A DNA stretch of 64,000 bases, from contig JAIXUS010000038.1 in assembly GCA_027483445.1 (NCBI GenBank), positions 83,931-147,930 of the forward strand, in the 5' to 3' direction. A model generated the notes under the pieces. That model made no database searches. It was given only the letters and a program-made list of their open reading frames with translations, and had not been told where the DNA came from. The first letter of the stretch is position 1, and each line of letters starts with the position of its first letter. Shown here piece after piece: positions 35,772-47,517 of the stretch. The stretch is from Bacteroidota bacterium. GTDB lineage: Bacteria > Bacteroidota > Bacteroidia > M30B66. Made by a program: the position numbers and the translations under genes.

Positions 35772-38700
35772 TCAGGCGTTTACCGATAAACCATGACAGT
35801 TCTTGTACTTCTTCCCGGATCCACATGGACATGGGTCGTTGCGGCCTACTTTCGGCTCGGCTTTCACCGGTTCTTTGCGGGCTTCAGATTCAGGGCTGTG
35901 CTGGTTTACCAATTCATCGCGAGAAGTCCGAAGTTGCGGCGGTGGAGCCAAAGGACGTTGCGGAGCTTGCTGAATGCGAGGCTGTTGCGCAGGGGCCGGA
36001 CCTCCTTGTTGCGGAGCATTGTTAACAGGCAGGCTGCCTTTCATCAAAAAGGCGGTAATCTCACGTGCAACCTTACCCAACATCTGTTCAAACAATTTGA
36101 ACGATTCAATCTTGTAAATCAGCAAGGGGTCTTTCTGCTCATACTGGGCATTCTGAACCGATTGTTTGAGATCATCCATCTCACGCAAGTGCTCTTTCCA
36201 GGCCTCATCAATCATTGAAAGCGTGATAAAACGCTCCATAGCCCGAATCACCTCACGGCCCTGAGACTCATACGCCTTGCGCAGATTTACCACAATTTGA
36301 GTAGCCTTTTGCCCATCGGTGATGGGAATAAGCATATTCTCGTATTGGGCCGACTGTGTTTCATACACCTGCGCAATTACAGGATGCGCCATGGCTGCAA
36401 TCTGAGTCGATTTATGAAGGTAGTGCGCCTGCGCCTCCTGGTACAGCTTCTCACCCAACGTATTTGACTTCTCCTTTAAAAATTCTTGCTCAGTGATGGC
36501 TGTATCGATGGCCAGCAAGCGAATCACCTCCAGTTTGAACCCGTCGTAGTCGCGGGCATCCTGATAACCGCCAACAATGCCTTCGCACGTTTCCATGATC
36601 ATGTTGGCAATGTCGACCGCGAGCCTGTCGCCGTAAAGTGCGTTTCGGCGGCGGGTGTATACAACCTCACGCTGGTGATTCATCTGATCGTCGTACTCGA
36701 GCAATCGCTTACGGATACCAAAGTTGTTTTCCTCCACCTTTTTCTGAGCCCGCTCAATAGAAGAAGTAATCATACCGCTTTGGATGACTTCACCTTCCTT
36801 CATGCCCAGGCGATCCATGATTCTGGCTATACGCTCCGAACCAAACAAGCGCATCAGGTCATCTTCGAGCGACACAAAGAACTGCGAAGAACCGGGGTCG
36901 CCCTGACGGCCGGCACGACCACGCAGCTGGCGGTCAACGCGGCGACTTTCGTGGCGCTCGGTACCAATAATAGCAAGCCCTCCGGCCTCCTTTACGCCAG
37001 GCCCGAGCTTGATGTCGGTACCACGACCGGCCATATTGGTGGCAATGGTCACAGTCCCGGCTTGCCCGGCCTCCTGAACAATCTCAGCCTCGCGTTGGTG
37101 ATGCTTGGCATTCAACAGGTTGTGCTTAATCCCGCGGAGCTTGAGCATTCGGCTTAGCACCTCAGAAATTTCAACCGAGGTGGTTCCCACCAAAACTGGT
37201 CGCCCTTTGGCTGTTTCTTCAGCAATCTTATCAATTACCGCGTTGTACTTTTCGCGTTTTGTTTTGTAAACAAGGTCTTCCTGATCTTTCCGTGAAATCG
37301 CGCGATTGGTTGGAATCACCGCCACATCAAGCTTGTAGATATCCCAAAATTCTCCGGCTTCGGTTTCTGCTGTACCAGTCATGCCTGCGAGCTTGTTGTA
37401 CATGCGGAAATAATTCTGCAATGTGATGGTTGCGTAGGTTTGCGTAGCCGCTTCGATGGTCACATTTTCCTTGGCTTCAATGGCCTGATGCAATCCATCG
37501 CTGTATCGACGGCCATCGAGAATACGGCCCGTTTGCTCATCAACAATTTTCACCTTGCCATCCATCACCACATACTCCTCATTGTTTTCAAAGAGTGTGT
37601 ATGCCTTCAACAACTGGTTAATGGTGTGAATGCGTTCTGATTTCACGGCAAAATCGCGAAGAAGCTCCTCTTTTTGATTGAGTTTTTCCTCCGCATTACC
37701 GGTATTTTTCTCGATGGAAGCAATTTCAGCTCCCACGTCGGGCAACACAAAGAAGTTCGGGTCTTCGCTTACTCCTGTGATAAGCTCGATGCCTTTTTCA
37801 GTAAGCTCTATGGTGTTGTTTTTTTCATCAATCACGAAGAACAGCTCCGCATCAACTTTTGGCATTTCGCGGCCTTGGTCCTGGAGATAGAAGTTTTCTG
37901 TTTTTTGAAGTAAAATCCGCACACCGGGCTCGGAGAGAAATTTAATGAGCGCCTTATTTTTGGGTAAGCCTCTATGCGCTCTGAGCAATGCCATTCCGGC
38001 CGCTTTGTCATCACTCCCAAAATTTTTCTTTGCTTCAGTGAGAGCGGCGTTTATAAAGTTTTTCTGAGCGGTCACCAGCTTTTCAACACGAGGCTTCAGT
38101 TGAAAAAACTCTTGATTTTCGCCTCGAGGCGTCGGACCAGAGATGATCAATGGCGTCCGGGCGTCGTCAATCAGAACGGAGTCAACCTCATCGACAATGG
38201 CGAAGTTGTGTCCGCGCTGCACCAGTTCCTCCGGCCCGCGGGCCATATTGTCGCGCAGGTAATCGAAGCCAAACTCGTTGTTGGTTCCAAAGGTGATATC
38301 GGCGGTGTAGGCGCGGCGGCGGGTGGAGCCGTTCGGCTGATGCTTGTCGATGCAATCCACACGCAGGCCATGAAACTCATACAATGGCCCCATCCATTCA
38401 GAGTCGCGTCGGGCCAGATAATCATTCACTGTAACAACGTGAACTCCTTCTCCGGAAAGGGCATTTAGGTAAACCGGCAAGGTTGCCACGAGTGTTTTAC
38501 CTTCACCGGTAGCCATCTCGGAAATTTTGCCCCGATGCAACATGATACCGCCGATAAGCTGAACATCGTAATGCACCATGTCCCAGGTAATCATAGAGCC
38601 GGCAGCATTCCAGCTGTTTTTGTAGATGGCTTCCTGCGCTTCGATGCGCACATAATCGCGACTTGCAGCCAATTCGCGGTCGAATTCAGTAGCAGTAACG

Positions 38701-39098
38701 CGCAATTCGGCATTGCCTGTAAATCGGCGAGCAGTTTCACGAATCACGGCAAAAGCTTCCGGCAGAATTTCTTCAAGCGCCTTTTCGATGCCTTCAACAA
38801 TGGTTTTCTTGAGCCGGTCGATTTCCTCGAAGTGGGTTTCTTTCTCCAGAAAATCCATTTCTGGGTTGGCCTCAATAAGCTGGTTTAATTCAGCAATTCG
38901 AGCCCGTTCGTTGGCCACCTCTTCACGAATTCGCTGGCGGAAAGCGTCTGATTTAGCCCGTAGCTCGTCGTTAGAAATACCGGCAAGTGTGGGGTAAATG
39001 CTGTTTATCTTTTGGAGGATGGGTTGAACTTCCTTCAGATCTCGGTCGGATTTGTTCCCAAGAATTTTTCCCAGAACAGAGTTGATCAGTTTGATCAT
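35772..39098 (-). CDS. secA: Preprotein translocase ATPase SecA
   Basis: [53 protein letters not shown] and SEC-C motif [13 protein letters not shown]. Start ATG 39098 with TAATTTTG at 39122-39129. Confidence 0.98.
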   Translation of the reverse strand: MIKLINSVLGKILGNKSDRDLKEVQPILQKINSIYPTLAGISNDELRAKSDAFRQRIREEVANERARIAELNQLIEANPEMDFLEKETHFEEIDRLKKTIVEGIEKALEEILPEAFAVIRETARRFTGNAELRVTATEFDRELAASRDYVRIEAQEAIYKNSWNAAGSMITWDMVHYDVQLIGGIMLHRGKISEMATGEGKTLVATLPVYLNALSGEGVHVVTVNDYLARRDSEWMGPLYEFHGLRVDCIDKHQPNGSTRRRAYTADITFGTNNEFGFDYLRDNMARGPEELVQRGHNFAIVDEVDSVLIDDARTPLIISGPTPRGENQEFFQLKPRVEKLVTAQKNFINAALTEAKKNFGSDDKAAGMALLRAHRGLPKNKALIKFLSEPGVRILLQKTENFYLQDQGREMPKVDAELFFVIDEKNNTIELTEKGIELITGVSEDPNFFVLPDVGAEIASIEKNTGNAEEKLNQKEELLRDFAVKSERIHTINQLLKAYTLFENNEEYVVMDGKVKIVDEQTGRILDGRRYSDGLHQAIEAKENVTIEAATQTYATITLQNYFRMYNKLAGMTGTAETEAGEFWDIYKLDVAVIPTNRAISRKDQEDLVYKTKREKYNAVIDKIAEETAKGRPVLVGTTSVEISEVLSRMLKLRGIKHNLLNAKHHQREAEIVQEAGQAGTVTIATNMAGRGTDIKLGPGVKEAGGLAIIGTERHESRRVDRQLRGRAGRQGDPGSSQFFVSLEDDLMRLFGSERIARIMDRLGMKEGEVIQSGMITSSIERAQKKVEENNFGIRKRLLEYDDQMNHQREVVYTRRRNALYGDRLAVDIANMIMETCEGIVGGYQDARDYDGFKLEVIRLLAIDTAITEQEFLKEKSNTLGEKLYQEAQAHYLHKSTQIAAMAHPVIAQVYETQSAQYENMLIPITDGQKATQIVVNLRKAYESQGREVIRAMERFITLSMIDEAWKEHLREMDDLKQSVQNAQYEQKDPLLIYKIESFKLFEQMLGKVAREITAFLMKGSLPVNNAPQQGGPAPAQQPRIQQAPQRPLAPPPQLRTSRDELVNQHSPESEARKEPVKAEPKVGRNDPCPCGSGKKYKNCHGLSVNA

Positions 39099-39198
39099 GG
39101 TAGGTACTACAAATAAGTCGGCAAAATTAACCCAAATTCCTTTCGGGCGGGACAAATTGCCAATAATCGTTCCCTGAACATTTCACCTGACAAAACGA

Positions 39199-39232
39199 CG
39201 AGGCGCCGGCTGAATGATCAACCGACGCCTCG
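39199..39232 (-). terminator. Stem-loop, probable terminator after the 1792-aa gene
   Basis: Minus strand CGAGGCGTCGGTTGA-TCAT-TCAGCCGGCGCCTCG followed by TCGTTTTG. Confidence 0.65.
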
Positions 39233-39255
39233 CTAAAAAAAATAAAACGTTGTTA

Positions 39256-42200
39256 CTACTGCACTTTTACAAAGCTTCTTACTGTTGTGCGGAGGTCTGT
39301 CAGAATGGCCACCTGATAGGTTCCGGCCGCCAAACTTGAAGTATTCAGCACATAACGGTGATCGGCCGTACGTTGAACATCAACCGCAACAACACGACCA
39401 CTAAGATCGAACACACTGATGCTTTGAACCTTGGTAGCAGCTACAGACTCGATTACAACACTTTCCTGGGCTGGGTTTGGATACAATACAAAACCTTCAA
39501 CAGCGGCTGTTTCAATACCTGCACAGTCTTCGGTTGTAATTGCAGTTTCAGCCGCTGAGGTGCAGCCTTTATCATCAGTAAAGCTGTAAACAATCGTATA
39601 AACGCCTGCTTCAGCTGCATTAAATACGCCGTTGTTAACATTCAGGCCTGAGAAGGTTCCTCCAACGGGCGAACCTCCTGCAAGGGTAATCGGAGTGTTA
39701 ATGCAAACTGTGTTTTGGCTCAACGTTAAGCTTACTGTTGGAAGTGGATTCACCAACACAGAAATCGGTGTAGATTCATTCTGACATCCGGCTGCATTGG
39801 TTACCTCAAGCGTGTAGCTTCCTGATTCCTCTGCAGTAAAGGTATTCAGGTTGGCCCCGGCAATCGGATTGCCATCTACAAGCCACTGATATACAATACC
39901 CACAGCCGAAGCAGTGCTTATCGACACGGTCTCACCTTCGCAAAAAGTGGTTGGACCATCAGCGGTCAATGTAGGCTCACCAGGCGTTTGGCCAACTGTT
40001 ACGGTAATTACAGAAGACGTCGAACTGCAATTGTTTTGATCGGTCACCGTAACGGTATAGTTGCCCGCATTGATGGCGATGAAGGTTTGAGCAGTAGCTC
40101 CTGAGATTGCGCTTCCATTGTTGCTCCACTGGTATGTGAGCCCTGCTACATCATTCGCATTTAACACCACAGAATTGCCGTCGCAAATGGCAGGATTACC
40201 TGCAAAGGTGATGGCCGCAGCGGTTCCGGCTACATTCACGGCAATGGCTGGAGAATTAGCCGCACAACCGTTCAGATCAGTCACTGTTACCGAATAATTT
40301 CCGGTCTGATTTACGTTCAACACGCTATTCACCGCACCATTGATGGCGTTTCCGTTGTTATTCCACTGATAGTTTAAGCCATTACCACTCGAACCCTGCA
40401 ACAATACGTTGCCGCCTACGCAAAATGTAGTAGGTCCGTTTGGAGTAATGGTGGCATTCGGCAATGGATTCACAGTAACTACGTTGGCCGTGCTGGTTGA
40501 TGAACAGCCATTGGTACTGGTTACAACAACAGCGAAAGAGCCAGCCGCATTGGCCGCATAGGTTGCATTGGTTGCACCCGAAATGTTGGCCCCATTCAAC
40601 TGCCATTGGAACGTATTTCCAGCTGCCGGTGAGGCTGTTAGGTTAACGGAACTTCCCTGACAAATCGACAAAGGTCCTGAAGCAGCTACGCTCACCTGAG
40701 GTGCCGCCAGAATATTCACAACAGCAGCATTCGAGGTAGATGAACAATTAGCTCCCTGAGAAACGGTAACAGTGTAATTTCCGGCAACTGCAGCGGTGTA
40801 CGACTGTGTGGTGGCTCCATTGATTGGCGCTCCATTGAGCAACCACTGATAGCTTAGGTTAGCACCCGTATTGGCATTCAGAACAACAGTATTGCCTGCA
40901 CATACAGTTGTATTTCCTACAGCAGTAATCGTTGCAGTTGGTGGTGCAGTAACATTTACCGCAATTGCAGAACTCGTTGCCGAACAGCCATTTAAACTTA
41001 CGGTAACCGTGTAGTTTCCGGTAGAGGTCGCATTAAATGCCGAAGAAGTTGCACCGGCAATCGGGCTGGCTCCATTATTCCATTGGTAGCTGGCACCGGC
41101 CACTTCGCTCGCACTTAAACTAACAGTTGCACCCTGGCAAACCGTAGTTGGACCATTGGCAGACGCTGCCGCCGCCGGTGTTGGGTTCACCACTACATTG
41201 ATGGCACTCGAAGTGGCAGCACAAGCCGAAGTCGTTACAACCACCGTGTAGCTTCCTGAAGCACTGGCAGTATAACTTTGTGCGACAGCCCCACCGATAG
41301 CAACACCGTTGTTTTGCCATTGATAGCTAGCTCCTGCTACATTGCCCGCATTAAGCACTACCGAACCTCCTTGACAGAAAGTAGTTGGTCCTGCTGCATT
41401 AGCCGTAGCATTGGGTCCGGCCACAACGTTAATTGTAATGCTATTAGATGTTGTTGAGCAATTTGCGCCCACTGAGGCAACCGCTGTATATGTTCCGGCC
41501 TGAGAAGCCGTGTAGGTAGTACCTGTTGCGCCGGAAATATCGCTTCCGTTTAATCTCCACTGAATATTCACACCGGGCTGAGTGGTAATGCTTAACACGG
41601 TATTACTACCCTGACAAATTGTGGTGCTACCACCCGCCGAAATCACTGCAGTTGGAGCACTTACTATGCTTACAGTAATGGCATTGGATGTTCCTGTACA
41701 GTTAGGCGCTGCCGTAGCAACTACTGTGTATGAGCCAGCGAGTGTCGCTGTAAAGTTGGCATTGGTCGCTCCATTGATCGGAGTATTGTCTCTAAACCAT
41801 TGGAAGGTCAAACCAGGTGTAGCAGCCGTGCTCAACGCCACAGTACCTCCGGTACACACTGTAATTGGGCCTCCTGCGGTAATGGTTGGTGATGGCTGTG
41901 GGGTGATGACTACATCAACCGCATTCGATGTGGCTGTACAATTGTTGGCATCTGTGATGACTACCGTGTAACTACCGCTCTGGTTGGCAGAAACAGTGTT
42001 CGCCGTAGCTCCCGTGATATTTACTCCATTGCGACGCCACTGATAGGTGATGCCTGCCTGCTGAGGAACACTAATGTTTACCGACCCATTGCCACAAATG
42101 GTAGTGTTTCCTTGAGCCGTGGCCACAGGGGCGGGCAGGTTACACCCGGCTGGAGTGCCCAACACATATACATAGAATGTACTGTTGGTAACAGTAGGAT

Positions 42201-44634
42201 CGAAGTCATACACACGCATGTAATAGGTTTGACCCGGTGTGAGGTTTGTGAACGGCTGCGTTTCAACGTCGTACGTTCCGGTTGTAACATTATTTACACA
42301 CTGAACAGATGTGAGGTTGGCGCAGGTTCCTGAATATACTTGAAATACAGGCGAGAAATTCAAATCGCCACCCACGCTTATGGTCGTCCCGGCAGGGTTT
42401 TGCCCCGCAACGAAACTAAACCACACATCGTCGTTCGCATTACCGGTACAACCAGTACTCGACTGTGTAGCAAAGGCTGTGTTAAAATAGTCGTAAGTAG
42501 CAGGCGTTTCAGTTACCAATGGAATTGCCGTGTTGCAATTGTCGTTTGGCGATGAGGTATTGGTGATGACACAAATGTTAAAGTCAGGAGCCGTTGCGGC
42601 AAGTCCACGGTAGTCGTACACTCTAAAGAAGTACGTTTGACCAACTACAAGACCAGTGGCTGTTAGATTCTCGTCAACTCCTGGCAGGAAGAAATCAGAG
42701 CAACCTCTCGAAACAAGAGCATTACAATTCCCTGAGAAATACTCAATAACAGGGTCGCTGTCATTTACAGATGCCGCGCGAATTGTAACCGATGAAGAGT
42801 TGGCAACAAAGCTGAACCAAATGTCTTGCGCTGGATCTCCGCCGGGAGAACAGGTAGGTATATTTGAGCTTGTAGCCTGAGCTGCATTGAATGCCTGAGG
42901 GTTACACGTAGAAGACGGCGTAAGAGCGATTGCTCCTGAACACTCATCATTGGTGAAGGGGCTAAGTTCATTTTGATTAAAGGCACAGAAACTAAACGCT
43001 AGGTTAGCATCTGCGTTCTGGTTTGCATCTGCGATACGAACAAAAAATGGAGCCGTGGAAGCAATGGGAGGACCAATCACTACATTTTCAGCTTCGCCTG
43101 GGCCTGTAAAATTGGCGCATCCAATAAACTCCAATGCCCCACAATCTGTACCTTGGTATATTTCTACGATGAGGTCAACAGTCGCACCTTGTGGCGTAGC
43201 CTGGTAAAATACAGAATCGCTTAAGGCACTAAACTGAAACCACACATCGCTTGCATATTGCAGTAAGCAATCATCACCTGTTGGAGCGGATTCTGTGTAA
43301 TCACCAAGATTAACCTCAATAGGATTGGTACAAATATCTGTAGTTGGAACTACAATGGCATTGTCGCAATCATCGCCCTCAACATTAAACTCATTGGTTT
43401 GAAAAACACAAACGCTAAAGTTAGGATTGGTTGCAGCAGCAGCCTGCAAATGATAAACCCTCAACCAAATAGGTGTTCCAATAGGAACGCCAACCATGCC
43501 CGAAGTAATAAACTCACCAAGGCCATCAGTACCTTGGTTAAAGCAACCTGCAGAGGTTAATGAATTACAATCTAAGCCAATAAATACCTCCACCACAGGG
43601 TCTAAGCCCGCGCCGCTCGGCACAACGTCAATAAACAGTGTCTCCTCAGAAATCGAGTTGAATGAAAACCAAACGTCATCTGTATTTGTACCCGCACATC
43701 CTGTCGCAGGCGTGCTTCCAGTGGCACCTTGCAGCGTTGAGTTAATGGCAAAACAAGACGTCCCAACCGGTACAATTGTGGCCCCGATGCAATTGTCGTT
43801 CGCCGGTGCCGAGCCGCCTCCGCCGCTTACCAAACGATAAACAACCGTTGTGTTTGTGGAGTTCGTTATGCAGCTGGCTTGGTTTACCAATAGATTCACC
43901 TGACCAGTAAATGTGGCAGTCCATGTAATCTTGGCATCGTCGCCACAGGTATTGTCGGCAAAGGCGATAGCACTCGCTGTATTGGCGGCATTAAACAGAC
44001 TGAGCTGCGAATCATAGGTTGAGTTACCGCCATCGGCAGCACAGGTAGACCATTCGTAAGTGCTACCCTGTGTTACGTTGTATACTGAATACTCCCCAGC
44101 ATAAATATTGGTAGCTGCACTTTGAAAAACAGCCGACGATGGAGTGAAGATCGTCGAAGGAAATTGAGTTCCAACAAAAGGACAACCAATCCCTGCCGGA
44201 GCAGAAACACGACGGTACATTAAGGTTGTTGCAATTAAATTGGTATCACAACTCCAACGGTTTACCTGAACGTATACCTGACCACTAAAATTGGCGGTCC
44301 AGTTGATTTTGGCATCGTCGCCGCAAAAATCGTCAGAATATCCAATCGACGTTGAAGTGTTGCTGGCATTAAAAAGTGTCAGCTGAGAATCGTAGGTGGC
44401 ATTTCCACCATCGGCTGCACAAAGCGACCACTCATACACGGCTCCGTTGGTTACATTGTAAACAGAGTATTCTCCGGCATAAATTATTGTAGAAGCCGCC
44501 TGAAAAGTGGTCGACGTAGGGGTGAAAATGGTGGTAGGGAACTGAACATTCGAAAATGTGCATTGACCGTGCACAATCCCCGAATTAAATACACCTGCCG
44601 CTGAGAGCACCAGCAAGAGAAGAAGTCGTTTCAT
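39256..44634 (-). CDS. Large T9SS type-A repeat protein (putative adhesin)
   Basis: Signal peptide, a duplicated N-terminal domain, four ND.C..A/D.WF.F repeats, about nine Ig-like YQW..NG..I.GA repeats and C-terminal LYPNPAQE...VFDLSGR...GTYQV...FVKVQ. Confidence 0.9.
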   Translation of the reverse strand: MKRLLLLLVLSAAGVFNSGIVHGQCTFSNVQFPTTIFTPTSTTFQAASTIIYAGEYSVYNVTNGAVYEWSLCAADGGNATYDSQLTLFNASNTSTSIGYSDDFCGDDAKINWTANFSGQVYVQVNRWSCDTNLIATTLMYRRVSAPAGIGCPFVGTQFPSTIFTPSSAVFQSAATNIYAGEYSVYNVTQGSTYEWSTCAADGGNSTYDSQLSLFNAANTASAIAFADNTCGDDAKITWTATFTGQVNLLVNQASCITNSTNTTVVYRLVSGGGGSAPANDNCIGATIVPVGTSCFAINSTLQGATGSTPATGCAGTNTDDVWFSFNSISEETLFIDVVPSGAGLDPVVEVFIGLDCNSLTSAGCFNQGTDGLGEFITSGMVGVPIGTPIWLRVYHLQAAAATNPNFSVCVFQTNEFNVEGDDCDNAIVVPTTDICTNPIEVNLGDYTESAPTGDDCLLQYASDVWFQFSALSDSVFYQATPQGATVDLIVEIYQGTDCGALEFIGCANFTGPGEAENVVIGPPIASTAPFFVRIADANQNADANLAFSFCAFNQNELSPFTNDECSGAIALTPSSTCNPQAFNAAQATSSNIPTCSPGGDPAQDIWFSFVANSSSVTIRAASVNDSDPVIEYFSGNCNALVSRGCSDFFLPGVDENLTATGLVVGQTYFFRVYDYRGLAATAPDFNICVITNTSSPNDNCNTAIPLVTETPATYDYFNTAFATQSSTGCTGNANDDVWFSFVAGQNPAGTTISVGGDLNFSPVFQVYSGTCANLTSVQCVNNVTTGTYDVETQPFTNLTPGQTYYMRVYDFDPTVTNSTFYVYVLGTPAGCNLPAPVATAQGNTTICGNGSVNISVPQQAGITYQWRRNGVNITGATANTVSANQSGSYTVVITDANNCTATSNAVDVVITPQPSPTITAGGPITVCTGGTVALSTAATPGLTFQWFRDNTPINGATNANFTATLAGSYTVVATAAPNCTGTSNAITVSIVSAPTAVISAGGSTTICQGSNTVLSITTQPGVNIQWRLNGSDISGATGTTYTASQAGTYTAVASVGANCSTTSNSITINVVAGPNATANAAGPTTFCQGGSVVLNAGNVAGASYQWQNNGVAIGGAVAQSYTASASGSYTVVVTTSACAATSSAINVVVNPTPAAAASANGPTTVCQGATVSLSASEVAGASYQWNNGASPIAGATSSAFNATSTGNYTVTVSLNGCSATSSAIAVNVTAPPTATITAVGNTTVCAGNTVVLNANTGANLSYQWLLNGAPINGATTQSYTAAVAGNYTVTVSQGANCSSTSNAAVVNILAAPQVSVAASGPLSICQGSSVNLTASPAAGNTFQWQLNGANISGATNATYAANAAGSFAVVVTSTNGCSSTSTANVVTVNPLPNATITPNGPTTFCVGGNVLLQGSSGNGLNYQWNNNGNAINGAVNSVLNVNQTGNYSVTVTDLNGCAANSPAIAVNVAGTAAAITFAGNPAICDGNSVVLNANDVAGLTYQWSNNGSAISGATAQTFIAINAGNYTVTVTDQNNCSSTSSVITVTVGQTPGEPTLTADGPTTFCEGETVSISTASAVGIVYQWLVDGNPIAGANLNTFTAEESGSYTLEVTNAAGCQNESTPISVLVNPLPTVSLTLSQNTVCINTPITLAGGSPVGGTFSGLNVNNGVFNAAEAGVYTIVYSFTDDKGCTSAAETAITTEDCAGIETAAVEGFVLYPNPAQESVVIESVAATKVQSISVFDLSGRVVAVDVQRTADHRYVLNTSSLAAGTYQVAILTDLRTTVRSFVKVQ

Positions 44635-44813
44635 GTTTGTTTTAGGTTTAGGGACGCGAAAATAGTAAAATCATCCATAGCCCTGTAAGCTTTGAGGAAT
44701 TTATGAGACGATTTAACGAATCAATCTACTTGAAAAACAGTGGCATATCACTTCTACCACTTGATAAAAGGTGCATTTCTTACAAGAAAAACACATTAAC
44801 AACCCGCAAGTTA

Positions 44814-45392
44814 TCAGCGCTCATAAAAATGCATCTCTAGCATATACTCATACACCTTTTCGGGCATCAAAAACCGAACGTCTTTCTTTTGTGCAATGGC
44901 ATCACGAATGAATGTGGATGATATTTCCATCAATGGCAATCCACTCACCCACTCCACCGAAGGGTGCTCACGCAATGCACCGCCATCATGCCCCGGACGA
45001 GGAAAAACAAAAAGCTTATGATGCTCAAGAATGGCTTCCGGGTTGCGCCATTTCGGAAAAGTCTCCAAACTATCGCTGCCCAATATCAACGAAAAGGTAT
45101 GCTGAGGATACTTCTCCTTCAAATGGGCTAAAGTAACCGCAGTATATGAAGGTTTAGGCAAACCGAATTCAATATCAGTTACTTGCAAATAAGAATATTC
45201 CTCCACGGCAATCCGCGCCAGCGCCAAACGATGGTAGTCGGCCAACAAGGTTTTACGGGCCTTTAGCGGATTTTGAGGACTTAACACCAACCACACCTTC
45301 TCAAGTCCGGTAAATTGAGCCATAAAGCCGGCTATCGCCAAATGGCCGTTGTGAATTGGATTAAACGAACCGAAAAATAACCCGATGTGCAT
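44814..45392 (-). CDS. nadD: Nicotinate-nucleotide adenylyltransferase
   Basis: FFGSFNPIHNGH, ILGSD...W and ISSTFIR. Confidence 0.96.
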   Translation of the reverse strand: MHIGLFFGSFNPIHNGHLAIAGFMAQFTGLEKVWLVLSPQNPLKARKTLLADYHRLALARIAVEEYSYLQVTDIEFGLPKPSYTAVTLAHLKEKYPQHTFSLILGSDSLETFPKWRNPEAILEHHKLFVFPRPGHDGGALREHPSVEWVSGLPLMEISSTFIRDAIAQKKDVRFLMPEKVYEYMLEMHFYER

Positions 45393-45961
45393 CAGGATTC
45401 GAATAAGAACGTCTTGGCCAGCCCCAAAGCCTCCTTCAAGGCTGTTTCAAGGGTATCGTTGATGAGTATTTTATCGGCGTGCCGGGCATACTCCATCTCA
45501 CGGGCAGCCTTGGCAACCCTTACTTCATAGTCTTTCTGCGTTTCAGTCGCCCGCAACCTCAAGCGCTCCTTAAGCACCTCAAGCGAAGGCGGCTGTACAA
45601 AAACCAACATCGCCCGATCACCATAGTGGCGCTTGATGTTCAACCCGCCCTCAACATCTACATCGAAAATCACATGGTTGCCACGGTTCCAAATGCGCTC
45701 AATCTCACTTTTCAGCGTTCCGTAAAATGTACCCGGATACACCTCCTCCCACTCCAAAAACTCCTGTTTACCAATACGTTCCGTGAATTCATCGGTTGCG
45801 ATAAAGTAGTAATCCACCCCGTTAACCTCATTCGGACGCTGCTTACGATTGGTGGCAGAAACAGAAAATTCAACGCCCGGAATGTTCTCCAGAATATGCC
45901 TCACGATCGTGGTCTTTCCGGCTCCGCTTGGCGCACAAACGATGATTAACTTTCCGCTCAC
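45392..45961 (-). CDS. gmk: Guanylate kinase
   Basis: APSGAGKTT, SATNR...EVNGVDYYF, YGT and DVDVEG. Confidence 0.97.
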   Translation of the reverse strand: MSGKLIIVCAPSGAGKTTIVRHILENIPGVEFSVSATNRKQRPNEVNGVDYYFIATDEFTERIGKQEFLEWEEVYPGTFYGTLKSEIERIWNRGNHVIFDVDVEGGLNIKRHYGDRAMLVFVQPPSLEVLKERLRLRATETQKDYEVRVAKAAREMEYARHADKILINDTLETALKEALGLAKTFLFES

Positions 45962-46821
45962 AATATATTGTTGAGTTGTTCCTTCATCTTTTCGAGTTCG
46001 TCTTTCATCAACACCACTAAACGCTGAATACCGGCATGGTTAGCCTTCGACCCAATGGTGTTGATTTCACGACCCATCTCCTGTGAAATAAAGCCCAGCT
46101 TTCTTCCCTGAGATTCGGGTTCCGACAAAACCTCTGCAAAATAACGACAATGGGTTAGCAAACGCTGCTTCTCTTCCGAAATATCGAGCTTCTCGAGGTA
46201 GTAAATCATCTCCTCTTCAAACCGATTTTCATCAACATTCACCTGCCAATCCTGCAATCGCTGCCGCAAACGCTCACGAAGCCCTTGCGTGCGCTCCGGC
46301 TCCAACTCTGCGATTTGCAACAATGCCCTTTCGATCGCCTCGAGCCTTTGTCTTAAATCGGCCTCCAGACCAGAACCTTCGCGCTGACGGAACGCAAAGG
46401 TCTCTTTCAGTGCAGCTTGCACAGCCTCTTGAACTACGTGCCACTCTGCTTCAGAAAGCGGCTCCTCCGGTTCTTGGAAAACATCAGCCATCCCAAGCAC
46501 CACCGAAAAAACCGATGAAGTATCCACACCGAGATTGTTGCCAATCTTCCGCAATTGCTCCACTCGACCGGCAATCAACGCTTCGTTCAGCATGAGATTG
46601 TCGCCACCATCAGACTTAAACGTGATGAAAACATCCACTTTCCCACGCTCCAAGACCTTTGCGAGCTGCTGACGAATTTCTGCCTCCTTTTCCCTGAGCA
46701 CCTGAGGTAGCCTTAAGTTTACGTCTAACTGCTTGCTATTCAAGGTGCGAATGTCAACCAGCAAGGATCTAAGCCCCAATGCAGCCTGACATTTCCCGAA
46801 GCCGGTCATCGATTGTATCAT
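45958..46821 (-). CDS. yicC: YicC/YloC family protein
   Basis: MIQSMTGFG, GRKLGFISQEMGREINTIGSK and EKMKEQLNNIL; located upstream of gmk. Confidence 0.94.
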   Translation of the reverse strand: MIQSMTGFGKCQAALGLRSLLVDIRTLNSKQLDVNLRLPQVLREKEAEIRQQLAKVLERGKVDVFITFKSDGGDNLMLNEALIAGRVEQLRKIGNNLGVDTSSVFSVVLGMADVFQEPEEPLSEAEWHVVQEAVQAALKETFAFRQREGSGLEADLRQRLEAIERALLQIAELEPERTQGLRERLRQRLQDWQVNVDENRFEEEMIYYLEKLDISEEKQRLLTHCRYFAEVLSEPESQGRKLGFISQEMGREINTIGSKANHAGIQRLVVLMKDELEKMKEQLNNIL

Positions 46822-46928
46822 CGCCCCAAAAGTAGGAATTCCCGCTTAGCTTGCTCCTATTCGTGACTACAATCACCTTTCGCTACACCACTTTTACCCA
46901 CCTTTGCGCCATCGAAAAGCAAATCCCT

Positions 46929-47510
46929 ATGCCACAGGTTTTTCACTCCTTTCCCGAATACCTCGATGCCGTCGAACAGTTGGTCAATCAAAAGGCGACC
47001 TCCGGACCTCAACAAACTGAGGCTCTCATTGACTTCACCCGCCTGAACTTGAGCCGTATGAAAAGGGTGTACAAAACCTTCAAGCCATCAGAAACGGTTT
47101 TAGAAACGCTTCGCGGGATGGCATCCTGCACTCTTACACTGCTTACCGAAGCCTGGTGCGGCGACGCAGCCCAAACAACACCGGTAATCGCCCGGTTGGC
47201 CGAAGCCATCCCAAACTGCCGCTTCAGTATAGTGTACCGCGACGAAAATCTCAGTCTCATGGATCGGTTCCTCACAAATGGAAGCCGTTCAATCCCCATG
47301 CTCATCCTTGAAGACTCCAACGGAAATGTCGTAAATCACTGGGGGCCTCGACCAGCCGCCTTGCAACACAAGTTTATGGAAGGCAAAAATGCAGGCACTC
47401 CCAAAGCTGAACTCCAACTGATGTCGCAAGAATGGTACAACAGCGATAAAGGAAAAAGCACCGAAGCCGAATTGGCCACGATGCTTTCTCCACTCACTTT
47501 TCAGCGTTAA
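46929..47510 (+). CDS. Thioredoxin-family protein (WCGDA)
   Basis: TEAWCGDAAQ, RDEN..LMD.FLTNG.RSIP and WGPRP. Probable ATG at 46929. Confidence 0.88.
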   Translation: MPQVFHSFPEYLDAVEQLVNQKATSGPQQTEALIDFTRLNLSRMKRVYKTFKPSETVLETLRGMASCTLTLLTEAWCGDAAQTTPVIARLAEAIPNCRFSIVYRDENLSLMDRFLTNGSRSIPMLILEDSNGNVVNHWGPRPAALQHKFMEGKNAGTPKAELQLMSQEWYNSDKGKSTEAELATMLSPLTFQR

Positions 47511-47517
47511 CAGCCTT

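Noticed and set aside
36486..38997. Long antisense ORFs inside secA, and similar ones inside other long genes
   Set aside because: Typical antisense shadows of codon-biased genes, with no motifs.
46929..47510. Single-Cys WCGDA active site as a degenerate thioredoxin
   Set aside because: As far as I recall this monothiol form is normal for this Bacteroidota thioredoxin-like family.
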